A stretch of 58,026 nt of DNA, counting the filler, from Circinaria calcarea (Eukaryota): assembly GCA_051942165.1 (NCBI GenBank). It is 4 parts of 4 records of this genome, joined end to end, with 100 filler letters (N's around TTAATTAATTAA, not from the genome) between each part and the next. Parts side by side here need not be neighbours in the genome. Positions count along the whole stretch, not along the records: positions 29,084 to 43,523 come from JAVECS010000432.1; positions 43,624 to 58,026 come from JAVECS010000433.1; 2 more parts are not named here. The stretch is one strand, 5' to 3'. Made by a program: the position numbers and the translations under genes. Under the pieces are notes generated by a model that searched no databases, was not told the DNA's origin, and worked only from the letters and a program-made list of their open reading frames with translations. Shown here piece by piece: positions 37,828 through 49,075 of the stretch; the first letter of the stretch is position 1, and every line of letters begins with the position of its first letter.

Positions 37828-38304
37828 CTATACACTCTTCGATAAGCTCTCGGTCTGGTCTTGCTGAGAGTTCGACGCCTGCATCAACCGGGTGCGGTAG
37901 ACGGCCGCCAACTCTAGTTCGTCCATCTTGTTCTGGGCTACATCATTCTGGGCACTCTCCAGCACATTTTCGTTCTCCAAGCTCAGAGAGTCCCCCTTCA
38001 GCGCCATCCTATGTCGTGTCAGAAACATATTAGCGGCCAACAGCGCCGTTCTCTTGTTGCCGTTCCCAAACGCATGGTTCTTGATCAGCTTGGTGCTAAG
38101 GATCGCTGCTAGCTCTGCCAGGTCATTGACTCCGCCGTAATGCTGTTTGTTCTCTGGCGATGTGACTGCGGATTCAAGTAGGCCTTCATCTCGAACGATA
38201 CTTGACGGACCTTCGATTTGTCTGTTTAGCCTTTTAACATGGGTGGTAGCTAGGAAATGGAAGTTAAAAATCTTAGATGGCATGACTGGCTGGAAGCAGC
38301 GCAT
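37828..38304 (-). CDS. doc: Doc (death-on-curing) subfamily Fic/Fido domain protein
   Basis: Intronless 158 aa: IVRDEGLLESAVTSP...DLAELAAILSTKLIKNHAFGNGNKRTALLAANMFL, matching the Doc motif HxFx[D/N][A/G]NKR. Confidence 0.9.
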   Translation of the reverse strand: MRCFQPVMPSKIFNFHFLATTHVKRLNRQIEGPSSIVRDEGLLESAVTSPENKQHYGGVNDLAELAAILSTKLIKNHAFGNGNKRTALLAANMFLTRHRMALKGDSLSLENENVLESAQNDVAQNKMDELELAAVYRTRLMQASNSQQDQTESLSKSV

Positions 38305-40297
38305 ATATGCTGGAGATGGGATTCAGATCGTGAAGGGAAAGTTGGCTAGGCAATCCTTCCTATGCTCGATAAGAATGGCAACTCAGTTTCCGTACCGTCG
38401 GCGTGCTTTGGTGCTATATCAGAAAACTTCAGTTCTATATCTTTCAGCTTAGTACTGCGCCATTATTTTCACAAAATCAATAAACCGTTTACCTAGAGTA
38501 GGGTTACTTGACTATTCTTCACCGAAAGGGCCTCCCCACCCTGGTCCTAGAAAAGCTTAAATTCAGCAGTAGAGCCGTGAATTTTGGCTGAGTTAGATCA
38601 GCTCGTACCTAGCATCGATGCCTATTAAATTCAGCCTCCAGTATGTGTAAGGTTTGTTACATGCCCTTGTTACAACCAATAGAAGACGGAATTTGAGAAT
38701 GTTCTCGGGCCGCCTTTGTTCCGCATATGTGTAGGGGACCTCACTTCTTGGCATTAAAGGTCACTTTCTTCCTGGCATGAGTGGCGGGTATATATGAGGC
38801 ATCAATTTTATGGAGAATTGTATGTTCAGGAGATGTCTCTAGCTCATACAGAGGGGATATGAGTTTGTTTAAGATGCTTCTTGCCAGTTGATGTCTGCCC
38901 CGGTCAAGAAACTAAAGTCAACGTAAGCAAAAGCAAGAAAAACTTCCTACACATAAGAATCAAGCTGCAAGATCGGAAAGGTGCTCGGAAGTAGTGCTTG
39001 CTCTTAGTTGTTTGCGTAGAAAGGGCTTCGCGGTTCGATAAGAAGCAAGCTGTGAAGTGGGCCCTACTGCCCTGATAGTAGAGCTGTATCTAGATCAGCT
39101 GTTCGCTTTACCAGCAATGGGGGAGATCCGGAAAGAAACAAGGCTTGAGTATGGCTCCATTACATCTCCTCATCCTGCATTGCCTACCGTTTCCTTGCTT
39201 TATATGTATGAGTAAAGAAGAACTACTCAGTCATGAATTTTCCTTGGTTTCTTCGATGACTGTTTTCACTGCTTGCTCGCCTTTTTATGCCATGTATTTG
39301 GAATTGTTGCTACTGGTCCTAGTTCTCGCTCCTTTTGACGTTCCTCGGTGTACCGCAAAACTTGAGGACTTTCCCTTTCTAGAATTTCTCTCCTCGAAGA
39401 CTAGTTTTCTATCCTGGGAGTGCTTCCTGATCTCTTATTTGTCTGTCACTTATATTATGTGGCGTTAATGCTAGGCCAAGCCTCCCCCTTCAACAAATCC
39501 ATTAAACCCCGTACATAGAGAATCTAGGTGCGGCAAGAACAGTAGGTGGGGGCGGCGATATAAATCGAGGCCGGCAAAGCGGTAAGAGAACCCAGACGAA
39601 ACGAAACCCAGCAGCTAGTCTACGCTCAGGAGGCGTCCAGCTCAGAAGCGGCTTCAGAAAGTCGCATCTAGAAAAGTCTTAGTTTTTGGCTGCCATAAGC
39701 AAGTGCTGCTTATAGCATCACATCTCTATGTGGCCTGTTGCAACGTATAAGCTGGCAGGGTGGCTTAACACCAAACAATTCCAATACGTTAACAGGCTAT
39801 TTAAATTGTGTGTTCACTGCCATGAAGCTACAAAGGGTCAGCCGAATACCCTGTCACCTCACGGTTTCATTCACGCACCATAGTAATTTGTTAAGCCATT
39901 ACCATGTACTTCTTTATCTTGAATTGCTAGCTCTCCTACACACTTTACCATTCAACCCTACACACTCTTTTGCATTCCCTTCTTCGGCTTTCTCTTACTT
40001 TTTCATCCACACCGATAAAGAGTTTAGAAATCCATTAACCGCACCTCAGCATCAACGATACCAGAGCCTCCCATAAGTTAGTCAGACTTCTACAATCCAC
40101 AATGATTCACCCAAGGACTCCTAGCTGGTCTGATTATCTGACTTAGGTGTTGAGTACAGGTTGTTAACCTACCCTACATAACGTGGACAGAATTTGCTGG
40201 CTCAAGGACACGAATTCTAAACCCTTCATTACGTCTATTGCAACAGCATTACGATTAGTTGGGCCTAAACCAACACGCAGCATCTTTCACATCTGCA

Positions 40298-41012
40298 ATG
40301 CTATCCACACAAAAACAGCTGCCTGCTCCACCCTCGCCACCACCAGGCTACGACCCCTCCAGACCAATGGAGATCATAACCAACTCAAATAACCTCCCTA
40401 CGATCAAAGCACCTTCTGTCAACTTCTCCTCCGGCAACATCCCTTTTGCCAGTCCCTCTATCATTAACAATCCTGTCCTCAACACTACAACCAAGGAAAT
40501 CGAAGCCACAACGAACTTCGTACAACACCTCCATTCCCGGGACTCGAGCCTCATATATAGCGTTACACTCGTAATGGCTGGAGAGGTTATTTTGAACTTC
40601 ATTGGCAGTCACCGTGGCAATGACCGTGGTGATGTGGGTTCGAGCGCCGAGACTGGGACTAGAGGGCACAAGGGGCGTGGAGTTAATGGTTCGCGAAGCG
40701 AGGAGGGTAACAAACGGAAAAGGGATGCTGGTGGTACTGGTGAGGGGGCTGATGGGGGGAAATGCCGGAGTAAGCAGAGGAGGGTGGAGGGAGTTGCTGA
40801 AGAGGTAATAATTCATGTTAAGAATTAACAAATCTGTGTTAACTCTCTAACAGTCAACATCATCACACACCGGAAACGACGTAGAGGCCGAGTCCCAAGA
40901 AGGCTCTATATTCGCACCAGAAGACGCGACTTCCTACCAAGGATTTACAGGTGCCACACCTGAGGATGTGGTCAGTACCTCATTCTTCGACGAGGCGTTC
41001 TTTCCGGACTAA
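40298..41012 (+). CDS. Hypothetical protein, possibly degenerate
   Basis: ORF 40259-40828 with a possible intron GTAATA..CTAACAG at ~40805-40852 and a short acidic last exon; upstream exon-like pieces contain stops. Confidence 0.35.
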
Positions 41013-41885
41013 TACCTCAGTCCTGCGGGCACGGCGTGTACGTTACCTCAGCTCGCTCTCTTTCTTGTATTGAAACGGTAGCCTCATGTTAGGAACCAAG
41101 GGAAAGAGGTCACAGTTTGCTGTATTTACAGTTTGAGAGGGACTCGAAGACGAGGGATTGAAAAGCAAGCATCTCATCCTACAGAGGCTAGCGTTACTAT
41201 TTGTACCTTCTCCCTATCACCAAAGCCCAACCAGGAGATTCCCACAAAACAATCCTCGCGCAATCCATCACTTGAATTACCCAATCTCCAATACCTAGCA
41301 TAACCTTGAACTTACATCTAGGATCTCCCATTCATTTCGATTCACAGACTAAACTCTCCATTTCCAACTCAATGTGTGCGTTACTACTATGATTGGGCGG
41401 TTGGATACATAGTAGCAGATTTTACAGCACTTGGAATCAGATGCTGTGGTTGTGCTCGTGAGCCAGATCATACCAGGGGACTGGAGTTTTGGCTGGAGGG
41501 TTTCTAGCGAGTGTAATGCATTCTATTGGGGAGATACAGTTCTTCGGTAGTGTTGTGGTTTATAGACAATAAGTGCAGAAGTGATAATAGAGGAGATATA
41601 GCTTGTTTTGTGGAACAAGCTCCTTCCGAAAATCAAGTGTTTCGTCCATTTCTCCAAAGATTTCAAGGGACTCCAGCAACGCTGAAAGATTTGCGAGGTC
41701 CTGGCAACAACATTCGAGGTGGAGCATCTCTGACACCTGAAAACTTCGCAACGATTCGATAGATTTTACTCTCCGTAGTAAACAACTGTTATAAGATGAA
41801 GCACTTTCAAATTTCGTAGCGCCAATGTACAACTGGGAACGAAGCAACCCTCATCAACAACGAATTCAAAAGACGATCCCGGAAC

Positions 41886-42594
41886 GGTAACCGTGCCCAA
41901 GGGTAAACTCCGAAAAAAATATTTCGCGAAATAATTTTTTCGGAGCACTAACAAGTTAGTGCCTGTCAGTCGCATGATAGAAATCAGTCGCATAATGGAA
42001 TTATTTTTAAACAATATATTACTACAGTTGAAATACGGTGCATTCCTCCTTACTAGCGAGTTGCTATAGGCAACACCCAATAGGGTATAATGTAGCAGTG
42101 GGCGAGTATATATCTCGCCCACATTGCGTAGCTAGTTAGACAACCTTCAATGCAATAGTGGTTCCACCAACAGGTCGTGTAGTAGCACTCACCGTACTAC
42201 TTTCAATTACTACTTTGTTTCTAAGAATAAATTTATTTAAATCCCATCAGATTTTAGATTAATATACTTACTTTTTTAATACCAAATTTTAAATTTTTTA
42301 TTTATAATAATTATTATTTTTAAAATTTTATAAAAAATCGTCGATTTTTGCCATAAATCGTAAAATAATTTATATTCGTGCCACTTTTCTATAATTATAA
42401 CCATAGTAGTACTGATTCTAGGTAAGTAATATTAAGAGAATATGCCTACGTATACGTATAATATATTTGGCAAGGTAAGTTAAATATAATTGAAGTTCTA
42501 TTATGCGACTGACTTCTATTATGCGACTGATAGGCACTAACTTGTTAGTGCTCCGAAAAAATTATTTCGCGAAATATTCTTGGGCACGGCTACC
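41886..42594. mobile_element. Non-autonomous DNA transposon with ~100-bp terminal inverted repeats and an AT-rich interior
   Basis: Left end GGTAACCGTGCCCAAG...AATATTTCGCGAAATAATTTTTTCGGAGCACTAACAAGTTAGTGCCTGTCAGTCGCAT... matches the reverse complement of ~42493-42594 (..CTTGGGCACGGCTACC). The left copy has a 16-bp insertion and the other mismatches are transitions. Confidence 0.88.
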
Positions 42595-42714
42595 ACCTAT
42601 TGGTCCGTTGCAGATTTACAAACAATCTCCATATAAACAAGCGAGCTTCATACAAACATTGTTCTCACTCCGATCTTGAAAACTGGCGGAGAGTAACACC
42701 ATGCAATAGAGAAG

Positions 42715-43523
42715 ATGACTACTCGTAAGCCCGGCCCTCGATGTAATCCTAGAATGCCAACTAAATATGTACCAGCACAATACGAGCTCGCCGAGCTCCC
42801 CTCCGATGCCATCTCAGCCATCCAATTCGCGCCTACTTCTCTACGACTACTAGTAGCTTCCTGGGATAAGAATGTCTACTTGTACGACATCTCCAGTCCC
42901 GGTGGACGCCTATTACAAACGTTCGAATACCGCGCCCCCGTTTTAGATGTCTGTTTTGGCGAGAACGACGAAGAAGCCTACACGGCAGGTCTAGACTGGG
43001 ATGTCCGCAAGTCCGTACCACACATTGCCCCATTCTTCCACCCCTCACCAAAAAACTAACCTTTCTCTCTCCTCCTTCCAGACTTAATCTCCAAACCGGT
43101 GCCCAGACTGTCCTCTCCACCCACTCCGCCGGCGTGAAATCACTCGTCTACAGCCTTCCGCACAAACTCATCATCTCCGCCTCCTGGGACTCCACCCTCC
43201 ACATCCATCACCTTGATGCCTCTCCGCCCTCCACTCCCACGACCATCCCCCTCCCCTCAAAACCCTTCTCCCTCTCCCTCACCGCCTCCAAACTTGTCGT
43301 CGCAATGGCATCACGCGCCCTACACATCTACGACCTCAAGTCCCTCGCCGTCCTGACCTCCCAACTCTCCGCCACCTCCACGGAAAACCGAACGCATACG
43401 CTCGAGATAGAGCCCTGGCAGCGGAGAGAAAGCAGTCTGAAATTTATGACCAGAGCGGTTGCGTGCATGCCCAATGACGCCGGGTACGCGAGCAGCAGCA
43501 TCGAAGGCCGTGTCGCCGTTGAG
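42715..43523 (+). CDS. BUB3: Spindle checkpoint WD40 protein Bub3 (SldB), 3' end truncated by the gap
   Basis: MTT|PQYELAELPSDAISAIQF..LLVASWDKNV..RAPVLDVCF..SASWDSTL..RRESSLKFMTRAVACMPNDAGYASSSIEGRVAVE. Confidence 0.92.
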
Positions 43524-43623
43524 NNNNNNNNNNNNNNNNNNNNNNNNNNNNNNNNNNNNNNNNNNNNTTAATTAATTAANNNNNNNNNNNNNNNNNNNNN
43601 NNNNNNNNNNNNNNNNNNNNNNN
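43524..43623. other. Artificial contig spacer
   Basis: N44-TTAATTAATTAA-N44. Confidence 0.98.
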
Positions 43624-44021
43624 CTTGGTTTCTTTCTTTCTTTCTTCCAGCATCGAAAAAGGGGGCGGGGTTTGCGTTGCGGCTATGGGGGGTAGGTAGG
43701 TAGGGGTATGCTATAGCTCTCCCCGAACCTCCTGTCCCTTCTCAACAAGAGGTATAAATGACTGCCCACTGGGAAATTCTTTTTCCTCCTCGTTCCGAAT
43801 TGAGCGTTCCACGCCGTTACATTTGCGCAACAAAAATGTGTACAGCAAGCATGAGCGGGAAGCTATGCACCTGCCACGATATATCTTTTGAATCCGGCAC
43901 CCCATTCGATTCTAGCCTGCTGCGCACTAATCACCGTGTATCTCTCCCCTTTCTCCCCTAAAGTGTTCTTGGTGTTGCGGTTTCGGGGGTCAAAGGGGCC
44001 AAGAGAAGGCTGTTCAAACGC

Positions 44022-45636
44022 TTAGACGTCAAGCAGCATATTCTCCTCGAGGGGGTTGGCGACTGATCCTTCGTTAGTCGCAATCGGGTACTTTACCGGC
44101 CCCGTTTCTGGGTTATCGAGCAGTTCGTCGTCGTCATCATCTTCATTACTGTCATGACCCATCCCCTCGTCCTCATCCTCGGAAAACAGCATTTTCTCTT
44201 TGTCATGTTCATCATGAAGGCCTCCATCCAGCATCTCCTCCTGATCACTGAATAAGGAGGGCTCTTCAAGGATTTGCAACGCCGTCTGGGGTTCTCCATT
44301 GTCCAGCATCTCGTCTGATGCACGATGTGGGTCCGCGGCAGGGATCTGAAGTGGTTTGAGTTTACGAGCCGCCTGGCGGTCGAAGAGGCGGTGTTGGATC
44401 AAGTTCCAGAGACGGGTCTGGAGGGCTGCTGTAAGAGTCCGTGTGGACATGGTAAGGAAGGGGATGCCGTTAAGTTCGGCTTCCGGACCGCGGTTGAGAG
44501 GTAAGGACAATAGTTTATCAATCTTGGAACCAGGTACAGCCGATTTGGCGCGGCGGTGTATGGAGGCTATGGAATGTGCTATGCTATTGAGGAAGCAATT
44601 GCGCTGACAAACTGCCTGTAGAGTATTAACGACTGCTTCTGATACGGGGATTAAGGTCTGTACTAACTTGGAGGTAGCCAGGGCTGAACAAGGCGGGGGA
44701 GATCTCTGCGAGTTTTGGGCCGGGAGAGATCTGTTTCATTTTAACACCAGAGGAAAGACGTACCTTACTATCGTAGATGAGTGAGCGTAATATAGCGTCG
44801 ACGATTTTTACCGCAGCGGTTATATCTAGAGCTTGGCGGTTTGGGGTGGAAACCGAACTGGAGCTCTTCCTTTTCTTCTTCTTTGTAATCGTGCGTGGTG
44901 TGACGGTGAAGTATGAGTTAGGAGTTTTCCCGGTTAGGTCAACATTTGTCAACGGCCTAAATTCCGCAGAACAAAGATCATTATCTTCAAACAAAATATC
45001 ATCGCCAGAGGTCTCTCCAGTATAGTCAGGTATCTTATGTTTGATCCTCTTGCGCATATTTTGGCTTGTCCTCGAGAAAACCAGGTTGATCTTAACCTCT
45101 TCAAGCCCACCGCAGGGAATGTCAGCTGGAGGTCTAGTATCGGAGACGATGAGTGTACGTGCTTTAGTAGCGAATTTTGAGTCCAAGAAGGGCTGTGGAC
45201 CATGTTTAAGTGAAAGTATCAACATGGCCGAGCTGACTGTATCATCTATTTTGCGAGCTGGAATACTAAGAGAAGGTTGAAGGTAGAGCTGAGACCAAAT
45301 CTATCAAATTTCTTAGTGGCAAGCAGTAACGTTGTATTGAAAATAAATTGAAACCTCTGCTTTCTTGAGAAGGGAGCCCATATCTTCTATTAAGTCCCGC
45401 AATTCGGACTCATCCATGTCTATACCATCCGTGTTTATATGCAGAGAAATCTTGAGACTATTGCCGCGAGTAATCCACAACCCACCACCCGTGATTAAAT
45501 CAGTGCCACTGGTCATTTTCCAAGAAGGGAAGTCTAGCGGGCAACTAAGTCGTATGGAGCACGTTGAGGAAACTTGGAGGCAAAGCTCCGTAAAACTATG
45601 AACGAGATTGCCAACCTCAACTAGTGCAATCGACAT
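44022..45636 (-). CDS. Fungal hypothetical protein, 3 exons, apparently intact
   Basis: ORFs 45313-45636, 44626-45225 and 44022-44510 can be joined by GT..AG introns. Contains LAEISPALFSPGYLQ, a KKKKRK basic patch and an acidic C-terminus. Confidence 0.7.
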
Positions 45637-45899
45637 GATATAGAAGTACAGAAAGTCCCTAAGAATTATTATGACATTGACCCCAATCGACTTGAGGGAA
45701 TATCGCCAGGGGAGGGTCGTGCAGTTATTTTAGCGGCGATTCACTGCCGTAAAACTCAGCGGTATGGAATTCTTAATACAACGCTAAGGCTTTTCTGGCT
45801 AGAACTCAATCTCAGCCTCATCACCATCGAAGGGAGAAAACGAATAGCAGCGATAGTCCTGTAGTTGTTTCCTCAAGCTTCTTCTTCGGGCAACCATAT

Positions 45900-47811
45900 C
45901 AAGCGCTTAAGAGAACCCATGAATTTTGACGCCGTCCCGAAGCCACCCGAGAAGTCATCTCATAGTTCGGCGGCTAAACCCAGTGAAGTGGCTACTCATT
46001 CTATGATATCAAGTTGAATTGCCAATCGTAGAAAAAATTCAAGAGTTTCAGCTTTAGCCAAACACTTTGAGCAATCAAGTCGTGAATTCGAGAAAAATCG
46101 CCTTCGGGAGCCCCGACAGCGGGCAGCAAAGAGTAAACAGGCTCGTGCGTATCCTATTGTATCGTCAAAGCATATTGTGGAGGTCTACCACAATGTTCAT
46201 GAGGTTGTTGAAGAGAGAACCAGCGGATGAGATTCATTTGAAATCAAGCCGTCTCATCGTGAACTCCAAGGTTCAACTTCTACCGCGGATGGCATGACCC
46301 TTAATGATGAATCCAATACTGCGGGTGACGTTTCACACACAGAGAGTACTGCCGCTGAAGAAATTGCTGCGGAGGACACTGCTGCAGAGTATACAGAAAC
46401 CAATTATAATACCCATGTGGACAGCCACCCCGGTCCCGACGCAGAGAACGAAACTACTCGAAGTGACAAGGAGACCCTACTAGATGAGATCGCAGATCTG
46501 TCTAAGAAGGACGGTGTGTTGTCGCCATGTAAGGAGCAGCTTGATCTAAAGCTTGAGCTACCGAAGCACGAAAAGACATCGCTCATGAGGATGCTGACAA
46601 ACTTCTGGGCTGAGAGATCTGCGAGCGGATGGCAGCCATTAGAGTATCCACTTAATGTAACGGATCATGTTTTTGCAGATTCGGACATCATCGTGCGCGA
46701 AGACGAACCTAGCTCATTGATCGCTTTCACCCTGGGCTCTGAAGACTATCAGGTCAAGCTACAGAAGATTCAGGAGAAAAGTGGTGGTCTTAGAGGAAGA
46801 CATGATAGGAGTCATCTACAAGATCCTCTACTTGATACCGACGAGCAGATGGAGGTTGAACGATCTCTCCTACGATCGACCGGCACCCATCTCAAGTATC
46901 AATTCCAAGAGGGCTCGGCAAAAATGCTTTGCAAGGTTTTCTACGCCTAACAATTCGATGCTGTTCGCCGAAAATGTGGCGATGCAGAGCGAATCGTCGA
47001 GTCCTTATCTAGAGGTTTGAACTGGGATTCCAAAGGTGGCAAAACTAAGTCGGTCTTCAAGACACTCGACGATGGCTTTGTTCTCAAATCTCTCTCCCCA
47101 TCGAGACGCAAGCCTTCCTTCGGTTTGCTCCTGCTTACTTTCGGATCATGTCCGAGGCCCTGGTTCCACGCCTTTCCGTCTGAAGATGCTCTTCTTCTAC
47201 CAGATTATCATTAAGAACCCGTCACCGGGCGTCGAGTTCGACTGGTTCCTCCTCGTCATGGAGATCCTCTTCTACGACCGCTCGCCTACGCGCATCTTCG
47301 ATTTTAAAGGCTCTATGCGCAGCCGGCGCATCCAATCCACGGGCGAGCAGAAGGAAGTCCTCTTGGACGAAAACGTGGTCGAGTTCATCTACAAGTCGCC
47401 CCTATTTGCACGCGAGCATTCTAAGAAGCTGCTTAGAGCAAGTGTCTACAATGGCACACTATTCCTCTCGCGGCAGAACGTCATGGACTACTCGCTCATG
47501 ATCGCCATCGACGAGGGCAGGGAAGAGTTGGTCGTGGGCATCATTGATTGCATCCGCACCTATACCTGGGACAAGAAGCTCGAGAGCTGGATAAAGGACC
47601 GCGGGAAGAATCGGCCTACAGTCACGTCGTCGAGGAGCCGGTTCAGGGAAGTGGTGGGGAGATATGTGCTCCAGGCGTCCGAGTAAGTTATTCCCCGCCC
47701 CTTCCTAGCCTATGGAAACGTGAATTTGATATTAACGGTCACTTGCAGCTGCTGGCATCAGTTCCAAGCGCTACAGATCATGGCGCGGCCGACACGGTTT
47801 GACGAGGTTTA
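45900..47811 (+). pseudogene. FAB1: FAB1 (PI3P 5-kinase) C-terminal fragment, pseudogene
   Basis: VSALAKHFEQSSREFEK, MLTNFWAERSASGW, IIVREDEPSSLIAF, WDSKGGKTKSVF, NVMDYSL, GIIDCIRTYTWDKKLESWIK. Stop TAA at 46948, frameshifts and deletions; FYVE/CCT half absent; last intron 47683-47748 retained. Start approximate. Confidence 0.9.
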
Positions 47812-48139
47812 ACGATCGGGTCTCTAGCCAGGATATGAAGTTTAAGCAGATGATTGGGGTCTGAGGACCTTAAATACTAGTGAGTTTGAGGTGTGCATAG
47901 CGACAGGATCATTGTCGTATATTAGGGGGGATTATAATACTTATATAGAGGGGCATATCATGGGATGTTAGTTACATTAGCATTGGATGACTGGATTTTC
48001 TATAGATTAGGATAGATTGTAGTTACGACTTATGAGGACTGTTCATAAAAACAAGGCTTAAGCGGAGCTTAGCTCTAGTAGAGAAAATAGAAGTTTTCAG
48101 CAGGGTTTTCGCTCGTTCTCGCATTCTGCCCCAGTAGTT

Positions 48140-48467
48140 CCTACTTTATCTTTGCCGAACTATCCCCAAGGGATGTATTCCCGATATCCAAGCGCCAGGG
48201 TTATTGCAGTCGGTGATGTAGATGCGGGCGTGAGCGTAAATTGAGTAGTGGGAGGACAGTACTCATAGCAGCGGGCGAGGATGACATTACATTCCTATTT
48301 CGGGGTAGGTTAGTCATGTAGTTAGGTTCGATGGAAGAGACAGGCCAAGAAAGTACATCGTCGGTGCGTTTGCACTCGCCAACGAACATACGGGTGCCGT
48401 TGGTGTGAAGTCAAAGGAGCTTGTTGAGAAGGGACGTCAGGTAGTTTGTCGCGTCAGTTGGGTCCAT
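48140..48467 (-). pseudogene. LSm-domain protein (Mak31/NAA38-like), pseudogene
   Basis: MDPTDATNYLTSLLNKLL*LHTNGTRMFVGECKRTDD|ECNVILARCYEYCPP resembles the Sm1 motif; TGA in exon 1 and a degenerate Sm2 end. Confidence 0.65.
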
Positions 48468-49075
48468 TCGGAAGAAAACCGAAGGTTCTCAAATCAGTGA
48501 ATTAAGAACGGGGTCAGATGAGAATGCCCTACCCCTATCTCGATAAAGATGCGGGAACAAGGGGGCTCAACAGGACTCTTAGTATCTCGGCTTAGGGGGG
48601 CAATTATTTCATCTCCGTGCTACCTTCATCACCAATATCCTCTGATTTGAACTCACCTCTCTACAACTAACACCTTGAATATACGGTATTATATATGAGA
48701 ATATCTATGAATGAACTTCTCCGTTCGCTTTAGAAGAAGCTACAATGTCTACATTCTTTGCGTGTTCTGGCGAGCTTCGGCACCCACCTCCCAATACTTG
48801 CTCTAAAAGACAAAGTAAGTACCGAATTCTACTTTTCTTTCACCTTCATTCTTGCCGTCCGAGAGCTTCTCTCTATCACACTTCTTTATTTCACCTTCAG
48901 CTTGGTATAGTGACTGCTATAATCCTGGCGGCTTTACAGTCTTGCTCTCACTTCTCTCACCTCACCATCGTATACATGATGAAGCTCTTTACTGGGTTCG
49001 ATTTTAAAGTCTCTCATTTCACCGAAAGCTCCAAAATACGATTGACTTTCCATTTCAACTCACACCATTAAACCA

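Noticed and set aside
38900..39470. Purine-rich minus-strand stretch resembling a decayed coding region
   Set aside because: Stops in the frames read and no family recognised
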